DNA of 62,886 bases, the filler included, from Aduncisulcus paluster (Eukaryota), in the NCBI GenBank assembly GCA_024181965.1. It is 8 parts of 8 records of this genome, joined end to end, with 100 filler letters (N's around TTAATTAATTAA, not from the genome) between each part and the next. Parts side by side here need not be neighbours in the genome. Positions count along the whole stretch, not along the records: positions 42,041 to 51,176 come from BQXS01012352.1; positions 51,277 to 56,191 come from BQXS01012354.1; positions 56,292 to 62,886 come from BQXS01012355.1; 5 more parts are not named here. The stretch is one strand, 5' to 3'. Below, piece by piece: positions 49,328-60,100 of this stretch. Each line of letters starts with the position of its first letter. The first letter of the stretch is position 1. Position numbers and translations under genes: made by a program. The notes beneath the pieces are model-generated. The model did no database searches, was not told where the DNA came from, and saw only the letters and a program-made list of their open reading frames with translations.

Positions 49328-51176
49328 ATGGATAACTTTGAAGTTAAAGTGAAGAATTTAGTTCAAAATCTTCCTGGGTCCATCGAAGACATCGATCAAT
49401 ATCGTTATGACCTTAGAGAAATTCGTCTTGATGTTTCAGACACATCAATGATATGTAATAAGGTGGTAACGGATTTTCCAAGCCTTATGTGGGACATTGT
49501 TGGTCAATTGTCTGAGGATTGCCTTCCCAAAAGAATGTCGGCTGAAGAACTACGTGAGTATAAATTTGGGTCAAAAAGGGGTGAAAAGTATCCTAAATGT
49601 CCTAAAAATATATCAGGATTGATTTTCATGCTTATCGATCTCTTTTTAGCCCACCCCTATTTCCGTCTTCCTCGTCATTGTCTAATTGAAGCCGTTCTTA
49701 ACTATTACACTGAAAAAATAAGGAAATTAGTCTATGAAAATATGGGTTTGTCAATGAAAAAGGAGGAAGAAGGCACAGAAGGTAAATCAGAGGATACGGA
49801 AGCTGCAGAAAAAGAAGTGGCCCGACTTATTTCTAAAAAGCATGTATTTGATGCTGAAATGAAGGTATTATTTCTATGTTCCATTATTACAGCCGGGCTT
49901 GAGTCCTTTGATACAGAGTTGGTGACTCGAGGTGATAATCGTATCGATTTGGTGCTAAATTGTATTAAAAAACTCACTTCTGGAGGATTTTATTACACAA
50001 GAGAGTGTATTTCCCAATATTTTAGACCGTTATATGAGAAATTTATTGTAAATACGACCTTCTCAGCCGAAATCAATCAAACTCGGTTACAATTGATCCA
50101 ATCGTTTGCGTTATATTGTCTTGGTGCTATAGACCGTTGGGATTTGGCCCAATCAAAACTTATTTCGGAGTCGTTCGGGCTTTTGTGCGATGAAATCGAT
50201 GATGCGAAGGATGATCATCGCCGACTCAACGTTAATCGTATCTGGAGTCTATTATTGGTATTTGTGCGCACATCATATGCTGTTGAGAGCTTTGATGATG
50301 CTCTCCAGCAAATCCGCGAACCTCTTGGTCTCCCACACCAATCTTTGATAGTCCCCACACTCGAAGAAGAGGATTCCAAGGTCATTCGTAAAGCCTTGGC
50401 CGATAAGATGAAGGTTCTCCTTGAGATATGTCATGGTTTGTTGGCTGAGTTGGTAGTTCAGAGGAGACACAAAGAACAGGAGATCGATATCCTTCTTGGG
50501 CGTCGTTCAATGGAGGAAATTGAGAAAGAAGAAGAGGAGATCCTAAAAATAGAAAGTGAGAGAGGATCTATGGCAGCTCACAAATATTTAGCCAAAAAGA
50601 AACACTTTGAATTAATGCAAAAGAAAATTGCTCGTTCTGCTGCCGGATTCGCCAAATCCAGTGAAGAAATGTCAGAAACAAAGCTTTCTCCCGATTTGAA
50701 GGAGAAGTTCGATGCCGCTGTTCTCTCAAGTAATCACATGATGGCTTCTATAAAGACATTGACTGACATCACCCGTCTCGTCTCTCCTCTTGCCGGGATA
50801 AAGAAGGTATTTGGACAAGCCCATTTTGTGGAGAAAGAGGAGGAAGAAGAAGAAGGAGAGGCCCGTGATTCTTCACGGAAAACTCATTCCACGAATGGTG
50901 ATTCTTCTACCCCATGTCTCCTTCCTTCTATCATCTTGTCCACCTTCCATCGAGACAGTCCAACTGCTCGGATCAATGAGATATGGCGCACTATTCATAG
51001 ACAGAATGAGAGAGGATGGTATCTCATTGTCTATGAGGGTGTTCACCATGTGTTGAGCTTTGAGGAGTATTTCCAACGTGATAGACAGAGAACTACGGAA
51101 AGGAGGAAGAGGAGATTCCACAGCGATGAAACTGAACGCAGGGAATACTCTTCTTATAGTAATAGAGGAGAGGGAA
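49328..51176 (+). CDS. Hypothetical helical protein, 3'-partial
   Basis: More than 600 open codons, truncated by the linker; no recognised motif. Confidence 0.75.
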
Positions 51177-51276
51177 NNNNNNNNNNNNNNNNNNNNNNNN
51201 NNNNNNNNNNNNNNNNNNNNTTAATTAATTAANNNNNNNNNNNNNNNNNNNNNNNNNNNNNNNNNNNNNNNNNNNN
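51177..51276. other. Artificial contig linker
   Basis: N44-TTAATTAATTAA-N44. Confidence 0.99.
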
Positions 51277-52643
51277 GTAAACGACATGCCCCGATATCGA
51301 TCATGAAGACTCCGACAAGCTCAGTCATTAGTTCCATATCAAAAAATGTTCCTGCTACACCTACTTCTTCTGCTCTCAAACAAGCCCCTGCAACAACTCC
51401 TGGTGATCCTAAATCAAGTGTCATTCCAGAACCCTTATTCCCCTCCCCTTGTTTGCCTCCTCCTTCAGCTTCCTTGTCTCCCCTTTCTCGGCTCTTTATG
51501 CCGATAGAATCTCTTGAGAGTGACATCAAAGCTCATGAAGAAGGAACAAACTTTGCGCAATGTTGCATCAAAATTCCAATTCGCCCATCTCCCATATTTC
51601 CACCTTCTGCTACTCCAACATTCCCGTCATTCTCTTTCTCTGCTACTTCGGCGTCGGTCGGTTATTCACAGGCATCTTCCACCATCTCCTCTCTCTCAGC
51701 AACCCCAATACAGGCCCCAAGTACTGGACAACTACTGATGCCTTCTTCAACTTTGGGACATCCATCTTCATCGTTGGCACCTCTATTCGCTTATGCAGGT
51801 CCTGGAGCTGTTAAGGGCAATCGAGTGAATGATTGTTGGCTTGGTGGAATTCCTGGTTTTCCCTTCTCTTCCCCTGTGTTGACCTCTCTCCTTGGCAAGC
51901 CTTCCCTATCAATTCTGCCCTACTTCTCTTTCGTTGAGTTTATTCGTGATCTTGCCCTATATTGCTCTAACATTTATCGATACTATGCTAGGGTGGATTG
52001 GTTGCGTGATTATGAAGAAGACGACTTTAAGGCAGCCCAATATCCACTGTATCGCTTCGTCAAGAGGATGTGGGATGGTGTTATTCGTTCTTTCAAGGCC
52101 AAAAAGGCAAAATTTGTTGATGTGGAGGAAGAAGTTGTATGGTGGATCTCTGAGCTTATTGTTGCTGAAGAGGAAGCCAAAAAGGTCAAACAACAGAGTG
52201 TGAGTACTCCTATTGGTGAAAGAGGCAGAGGGCGTGGACGAGGGAAAGGAAAGGGTACATCATCTTCTACTTCCGTCCCTTCTGGATTGGAATTAACATC
52301 CTCTCTTGGAAAGGAAGTACCCTCATTTTCTTTGGCTCTATTCGGAATATCAAGCACTGATGTTCAGAGAACAGCGTGGGAAAGAGTGGCCGAGAAACGG
52401 AAGAACATTGAAGAAGGGATTGTCAAAAGAACCAAAAAAGAAGATAGAATCAGAGATTTGTTGGATAAACGATTTGATTTGGCTCTTCAGTTCGACCCTC
52501 TTTACGCAGCTACTGAACTCACTCGAGCTCAGGCATGTAGCTTGGGGAAAACCGATAAAACTGATCCAATTGGACGTGTGAATGGTCTCATGAGGTTACG
52601 TGGTCTTGATATTGATATGATTCAACCTCCAAAGCCCAAATAA
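51277..52643 (+). CDS. Pro/Ser-rich protein with a possible bromodomain C-terminal half, 5'-partial
   Basis: Frame is open to the contig edge. YFSFVEFIRDLALYCSNIYRYY...PLYRFVKRMW resembles bromodomain helices B and C; also a GRGRGRG motif. Confidence 0.6.
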
Positions 52644-52988
52644 AATTGATATCTATTTTTAGAAAATGAATTCAGTTTTCGACTGAACGTTAGTGAAACT
52701 CAAAGATTGATATAATAAGATTTATTTGCAACGGCAAGAAAAGCAAGTTGCTAGCTCTAGAATGAGGATAACGAATTAATCATATAAAATAATTTCTAGA
52801 ACTAAGAATAGAAGAAAGAGAAATTAAGGATAACTATCCTATTCACAAGAAAAGGATATAAGAAAGCAATATATAAATAAGACAAAAGTAAAATGTCAAA
52901 TATATTAAGGAATAAGACAAACAAATATTTAACAAATAATAATATAAATAAGATAACAAAAAACCGAATAAGAAATAAAAAAAATTCA

Positions 52989-55220
52989 TTAACGTCTCTC
53001 GGTCACACTCAATCTAATAGAAGTCATCTCAGTTGTTTCTGTTTGACTGTGGATTGTTCTTTCAGCAACAGAGAATCCTCTATGTTTGGTCAGAGCACTC
53101 AAATCAAGTCTAGAAGCTCCTCTTGTTCTTCTAATTTGCTTCATCATCTTTTCTCTGAATTGAATCTCATGAGATTGAATGGGAACCCAGGCACAAGCAA
53201 CAAGAATCATTGAAATAACACACATGGGTGCACTGAAGAAGAAAGAACGCATGGCAGGATTGTAATCAGGATCAGTGGACTTCACTCCATCAAATGCATC
53301 AACGATCTCTCCAAACAGAATAGGAGGAAGAGCACGACCGATAGAGTTACCAAATTGGGCGATACCGAGATTAGAACCATGGTCCTCAGGCTTTCCGAAG
53401 AGAGACAACAAGTAAATGAAGCAACCATGAGCAAGGCCTTCAAGTGTAGTAATTCCAATCATTGTGAAGACAGGCATGTATCTATTGATGTAAGAAGGAG
53501 TAACATAACCCAGAAGGAGGTTACAAATAAACATGAGAACCAAATTCAAGTGAATGACGAAAACTTCTCCAATCCTCTTCACAAGATAGGGAGTGAAGAA
53601 CTGACCATAGAAAAAGTTTACGAAAGAAGGAATAAACCCACTCAGAAGAATCATGAAAGAAGTATCTTCGAAAAGACGGGCATAAATAGTAGCGGCAGTG
53701 AGGTCAGATTCATTCTCAAAATACTCACTTGTGGGTACACGACTGAACCAACTGACATTTGTATCTCTGTTAACACTATAAACACCCATGGCAATAGTAT
53801 AGGCAATGAAAATCAAGAGCCAGTTCTTGTTGGAGACAAGACGTTTGAACACGGAGAACCAGTTGGTTTCCGACTTGACTTGATGGGAAAGCTCCTCCTT
53901 CTGAACCTTTTCCTCCTCTTTCTGAAGAATCATCTTACTACCTCCAGCCTTTTGAACAAGTTTGTTCGTTCTCTTCAATTCTCTTCTGGCAAGGACGGCA
54001 GGACAGGTCTCAGGAACGAGGAAGAGGGAGATCAAGATACACACAGCAAGAAGCGCAGCAGAAGTGAAACCAGCATATTTGGTGACGCGATTATACTGAT
54101 CAGCAGCAGTTTCAGCTCCAGCAATGATCTTATCGTAGTCAACGATACTGATAGTGATCAAATAGAAAAGAACAGGTCCAATCATTCCTCCAATACTAGC
54201 AAAAGCCATAACAACACCAGAGAAGTAAGTTCTTTGCTTCATGGGAGCAATATCGGACACAACAAGGTAACTCACGGGCATAATGAGAGCAGCCATACCA
54301 GAGATAGCACGAATTCCGAAGAATTCACCATATGTTGAAGCCGAAGACAACCAAAGAGACATTGAACAGTAGATAGTATACATCCAAACATAACACCACT
54401 TTCTTCCGATAAAATCACTCACATATTGGGCAAGAGGACTGAAAATAAACTGGACAATGTTAAATATCGACATTACCATTAGGTATTGTCCCTCATCAAC
54501 ATCGGTCAAAACACTCTTGATGTAAGTTTTGATGGTGGCCATCACCAAGAAGAGACTCAAACAACTCAGAAAGACAGTAACACACTGCCAGAAAAATCCG
54601 GCTTGGAAAATATTTGGGGTAGTTACCAAATCTTCGTTGATATCCTTAAGGCGTAACATACCATCTCCAAAGATATCACGAGCACGGCATATTTCTTCGG
54701 GCAAGAAATCACGTTCAGCATCCTCAGGATAATCATGAACAGTCAGATCGCGACTAAATTCATCGAGGATCCAAGAGAGAGAATCAGCAAGAAACAGAAT
54801 AAAACACCTGTGCTCAGCAGATTTTGGAGAAACAAGCAGATCAGCGGCTGATAGTTCACTGGCAAGCGGATGATCAAAAACAAACCCTTCCTTCTCAACA
54901 AATTTCTTGTAAGCCTTGTAGTTCTTGGCCCCAGAGCTTCTAAAAGCGTCGGCTCCATCAGAACCTTCAGAGGGTGTAGAAACACGAAAACTGGAGCATT
55001 CAGCCAATAATTCACCAAAGCAGACACCATCATACAGTCCACTGAGAGGATCATAAGTTGGATCAACAGAGGTAAAAACGTTAGACAGACCCTTGGCCTG
55101 ATAGAAGGCCCTAAAATAAGAAAAGATTCGACGAGAAGAACGAAGGTACATTTCTGCATCTTCATTAAGCTCAAGAACACTTCGACGAGCGATAGCGCAA
55201 GATTTTCCGCAATTTCCCAT
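52989..55220 (-). CDS. MFS transporter with a ~200-aa soluble N-terminal extension (CH-domain-like)
   Basis: About 12 TM segments, motif A variant QYVSDFIGRK, RAISG and a second motif KRIGE. N-terminus is MGNCGKSC. Confidence 0.9.
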   Translation of the reverse strand: MGNCGKSCAIARRSVLELNEDAEMYLRSSRRIFSYFRAFYQAKGLSNVFTSVDPTYDPLSGLYDGVCFGELLAECSSFRVSTPSEGSDGADAFRSSGAKNYKAYKKFVEKEGFVFDHPLASELSAADLLVSPKSAEHRCFILFLADSLSWILDEFSRDLTVHDYPEDAERDFLPEEICRARDIFGDGMLRLKDINEDLVTTPNIFQAGFFWQCVTVFLSCLSLFLVMATIKTYIKSVLTDVDEGQYLMVMSIFNIVQFIFSPLAQYVSDFIGRKWCYVWMYTIYCSMSLWLSSASTYGEFFGIRAISGMAALIMPVSYLVVSDIAPMKQRTYFSGVVMAFASIGGMIGPVLFYLITISIVDYDKIIAGAETAADQYNRVTKYAGFTSAALLAVCILISLFLVPETCPAVLARRELKRTNKLVQKAGGSKMILQKEEEKVQKEELSHQVKSETNWFSVFKRLVSNKNWLLIFIAYTIAMGVYSVNRDTNVSWFSRVPTSEYFENESDLTAATIYARLFEDTSFMILLSGFIPSFVNFFYGQFFTPYLVKRIGEVFVIHLNLVLMFICNLLLGYVTPSYINRYMPVFTMIGITTLEGLAHGCFIYLLSLFGKPEDHGSNLGIAQFGNSIGRALPPILFGEIVDAFDGVKSTDPDYNPAMRSFFFSAPMCVISMILVACAWVPIQSHEIQFREKMMKQIRRTRGASRLDLSALTKHRGFSVAERTIHSQTETTEMTSIRLSVTERR

Positions 55221-56191
55221 GGTGAGTATACAAAATCACAATTTTTTTTCTCAAATTACTAATGCATAAGAAGAGTGAAAAAATTATTAAAATTCTTAAA
55301 AATAAAAACGGTTTATGACTATTTCGGATTTTTAATTTTATAGTAATTCACTGTATGATTTTGGATAATTTTGGATTAGGCGATGAGAAAGTGTAGAAAT
55401 AATACAAATAAATAATAATTAAATGATAATTTTAATTTGGAAATGCATTAAAACTAATAATTCCAAAATTTAAATTAAGGAAAACTATGGATTTTTATAA
55501 GATTGAATTTCAGAAATTTCTGCGCCAGAAATGCCAGTGGCAGAAATCTATTGGAGTCCAATGAGTCATTTAGGATAAATAAAAAGAGAATTCGAAATCC
55601 GATTTATTCTAGTTAAAGAATTGAAGTTGAATGGGTTAAAGTGTCAAAATAGTAGACCAAACCGAACTCGATATAATAGAATCGATAAGCTCTCAACGAT
55701 AAAAAAAAAGAGAGATTGTCAATTTAAGTAATATACAGTATAGAAAGGAGACAATCAAAGCAAGTAAAAACATCAAAGTAATCAATAAAATAAGACATAG
55801 AAAGTTAAACTGACAACAACAGGGGTGTTCATTGTGGAAAATTTAGGGGGAAAAACTCCATTTTCCAAGGGGTAACAAGATATCATCAAATAATACAAAA
55901 TAATCTTAATTCTTCCCAGAATTTTTTGTTGATTTGGTGTTTTGAACTTGGCAAATGAAGTAACACCTCTTTGTAGAAGAATCAAACATGCGCTGAAGAC
56001 GCATCGCTTGGAGTTTGTCAAATGTTGACATGGATGATGGAAATAAATCAATGAAAGAATGTACAGAACCTAAAAAACGATAATATGTCAATAAAAAACA
56101 CAAATAGTAATGCAATTCAATTGTTCAGACCTTCTGAACTGAAAAAAAAAGTTCGGTTCATCTAGCTATGAAAGCTATTAAATTGTGAAAA

Positions 56192-56291
56192 NNNNNNNNN
56201 NNNNNNNNNNNNNNNNNNNNNNNNNNNNNNNNNNNTTAATTAATTAANNNNNNNNNNNNNNNNNNNNNNNNNNNNNNNNNNNNNNNNNNNN
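56192..56291. other. Artificial contig linker
   Basis: N44-TTAATTAATTAA-N44. Confidence 0.99.
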
Positions 56292-56915
56292 ATTCCATCG
56301 ACTCTGTCAAAGCCAAGATCCAAGAGAAGGAAGGAATCCCTCCTGAACAACAACGTCTTATCTTCGCTGGTAAACAGCTTGATGAGGGTCGTACTCTTGG
56401 AGACTACAACATCATGAAGGATTCTACCCTTCACCTTGTTCTCCGTCTTCGTGGAGGATTCTAAGTTTAAGAATGTTTTTGGAAAGACCATCACTCTTGA
56501 TGTCGACCAATCTGATTCCATCGACTCTGTCAAAGCCAAGATCCAAGAGAAGGAAGGAATCCCTCCTGAACAACAACGTCTTATCTTCGCTGGTAAACAG
56601 CTTGATGAGGGTCGTACTCTTGGAGACTACAACATCATGAAGGATTCTACTCTTCACCTTGTTCTCCGTCTTCGTGGAGGTATGCAGATCTTCGTCCGTA
56701 CTCTTACTGGAAAGACCATCACTCTTGATGTCGACCAATCTGATTCCATCGACTCTGTCAAAGCCAAGATCCAAGAGAAGGAAGGAATCCCTCCTGAACA
56801 ACAACGTCTTATCTTCGCTGGTAAACAGCTTGATGAGGGTCGTACTCTTGGAGACTACAACATCATGAAGGATTCTACCCTTCACCTTGTTCTCCGTCTT
56901 CGTGGAGGATTCTAA
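56292..56915 (+). CDS. Polyubiquitin, partial and probably mis-assembled; complete terminal unit at 56682-56915
   Basis: Three near-identical tandem units. The last encodes [17 protein letters not shown]...LRLRGG-F-stop. Confidence 0.96.
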
Positions 56916-57103
56916 GTTTAAGAATGTTTTTCAAATCTCATTATATATCAATATCTATATCTATATATCCATTGAGTTCCACTCCATTCAACCTCAATAT
57001 CAATATAATATCAATCATATATTTATTTGTCAAGCATTTCTATAAAACTCCTTCACTTCTTCAATAATATAGGCGTGAAGACATAAATCAAAAAGAATAA
57101 ATG

Positions 57104-60100
57104 TTATCTTTCATATTTTCTTCTTATCCTCTTTGTTTTCTTTCGTACTGGTGCAGCAGCCTTTTGAACTGGAACAAAACCACCATCACCGGTTGCAGTT
57201 GCCGAAGATTGTAGCCTTGACATTTCCTCTTTCTTTTCAAGTTCAGCAAGCATAAGTGCCTCTGTTCTACATTCAGAAAGATTGATTGTGGATATTTTCA
57301 TGTCTTCTTTTAAAGTATCGTCTGGATCATATAAAAATGCCATCTCAGAGGCACACATTATACGGTGGATCAAAACAGGTTCCTTTAATTCTCCAATAAC
57401 GACATATTTGAACATTCCAGATGAGAGAGGGAAAGAGAATTGTTCCACTCTGTTATAGATAGCTGGAAACAACGATAATTGACCGATATTACTAACTCCA
57501 ACCATTCCAATTTGCTCGTGATCTTTGAGCAATTTTAGACAGAGAATAGTAAGCAATAGAACAAGATCCCTAAAAGAAGTCACTCTCTTCACCCGCCACA
57601 TCTTGGAATCGATATATTTGTGTTTGTCGATCTTCTTGGTGTTCGTTTCGATCACAGAGTTGAAAAGCTTCGATATGAATTCCTTCCAAGACACATTCAA
57701 GGGAATACCAAAGTATGGCTCTAGAAAGAAACAAATGAACGGAGAGGATTCGATGATAATCCTTGATGCACACAGGATAGTCTTTGACAATTCGACCCGT
57801 TTAGCATCGCTAATCTTCATGGCGATCAAGTCATCAAAGGGTCTCGCAAACACGTGTTGTTTATCGTAATATTTCTTGGGCATCTGAAGAGGTGAAGAAT
57901 TACGGATAATCAACATACAGTTGGCACAAGAGGCAGATAATTCATCAAAACAGTGCTGTTCGAGTGATGTGACCCCATGAATGATTCGAATATCTTCCTT
58001 AATTCCAGGATGCCATTCTGATGCTCTAATAATAGAACACTGATCGAGTGTACCAGAAATAGAAAGAGAGTCAGAGATCAACTGGATGTCATCGTCTGAA
58101 CACATATCACACACACATATACACACAGTTGGAACTTCATCGATTCCTTTGGTAACTTTAACAGATGTATCCAGAACTAATTCATCAACTCTTGCATCAC
58201 TTTCTTCTGCTTCCGATGATTTCTTCTCTTTCTCTCTCTCTCTTTCTTCCTCTTTTTCTTTCTCTTTTTCTCTCTCTTCCTCTTTTTCTTTCTCTTTTTC
58301 TCTCTCAGACTTCCAAATATCCATAATAAACCTCTTCGCACCAACAACTTCATTGGTCAAGATTTCAATACTTTTTGGAGATAAGAGAGCCAATGAGAGT
58401 TCATAAAACAGAATAATGGAATCGTTTTCATAGAAAGACCGTTCACACATTTTCTTGATTTTTTCATCCCCAGTCCCAGACCCAGAGAGCTTCCACTTCT
58501 GTCTTGAGACACTCCTCGTGGAAACCTTTGCCAGTGTGAGTGGAGAAGGGAAGAAGATTGAAGAGATCGTGAGAAAAGGAAGAATGGCTTGCTCAGAACT
58601 TCTAAACAACCTTTCTTGTGCATAATCATCGAAAGGCGATGAAAGACGAAGGCATCTGAATATTCCAAGCTTGGATGTGTCGTTGTTGAGAGAAACGGGA
58701 TAAATAGGCGATACCCTTTCATTGGGGTTGATCACAGATGCAAATGCGTTCTTTGAGTATATCCTTGACGTATCCCAAATATTTGCCCACTTTTCCTTCC
58801 ATGTGTCAGAAAACTCTGGCAATAGGTAATCTTCGACCAATATCCACACTCTAAGAGTTGGGTATCGGTTTGACGGTCCCGCACTGATCCTGATATCATC
58901 TGCAGAACATATCACAACCCCACAAACAAGTTTCACATCAGCCTTTCCCTTGTGATGTCTGAGATCAAATATGGTACTTTCATCAAGAAGAGCTGCGGAA
59001 TCAATGTGAACGGAACAGATTGTCCCTGGTACGAGCATTCCTTTCATAGCCTCGAGATATTGTACCCACTGCACGTCATCCTTCTGGAACTGTCTCTTAA
59101 TCTCACAGACACACACGGAACACTGATGAGGGAAGTGGGAAAGAATAAGAGAGGAGGCAAGAGACTTCTGAAGGGCTGTGTTATCATCGGTTGTCCAGCC
59201 AGATTTCAGGAGTTTCTTCTCTGTCTTAAGCATTTCATCAGTTAAATCAAACATCTGATCTTCAAGGTGCTGGAGATCTGCATCTATCGAAGGAATTGTA
59301 TAATCCTCTTCCTCTTTTGCACCTCGAGACACAAAATGTGACCTCGTGTCTTTCTCTCTTTCTCTGCACTGATCTTCTTTCCTCACCCCTTCTTCTTCCT
59401 CTCCAACTTTCCCCTTTGAACCTTTTTTCGAAAGATCCACATTATACATCAGTGGAACAGAATACAGAACATAAAGAGTGTTCACAGGAAACGGGGAACT
59501 GGGTGACATCTGGTATATCGATGAGAGAGACCGACCAACATCCAGAAGCGAAGAAAAGCACCATGAAGAATCTAAACTTGCCGGGGCTGATGTGGCTTGA
59601 AACGGACTAGACATGAATGGACAAGACTTTATAGGATCCCAAATATGCTTATTCTTTGTGAATAGAGTATTCGTTTCTGACAAATCGCTCTGGATGAACG
59701 GGAGATCATCTTTGGAGGGTTCTGTAGAGGATCTAGGCTTTTCCTCAGAAGATCTCTTGCGACGGATATATTCCCTCTCTATTTCATATAATAAGAACGT
59801 CGGAAGCTTTCGAAATGCAGGAGGAAGTAAAGACAATATCAATGAAGGCCGGACATCATTTGGATTGGGGATTTCAATATCTCCACAATACGAGGGTCTC
59901 ACAGACATGCTTGATCTTCTTTTGCCTCCTTGTTCAAATTTAGGATTCGATTCCTTATCTTCCGCCTCAATTCGATCACATATCCAAGATATCCACCGAT
60001 CTCTTACGCGTTTCCCAATATTCCATAGCACACATGCTCCAAGAAATAATACCGAATAATGGCCTTTGAGAATGGGAATATGATGTGAACCATGCATTCG

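Noticed and set aside
53355..54338. 327-aa antisense ORF
   Set aside because: Shadow of the MFS gene on the opposite strand, with a non-ATG start and no recognisable motif.
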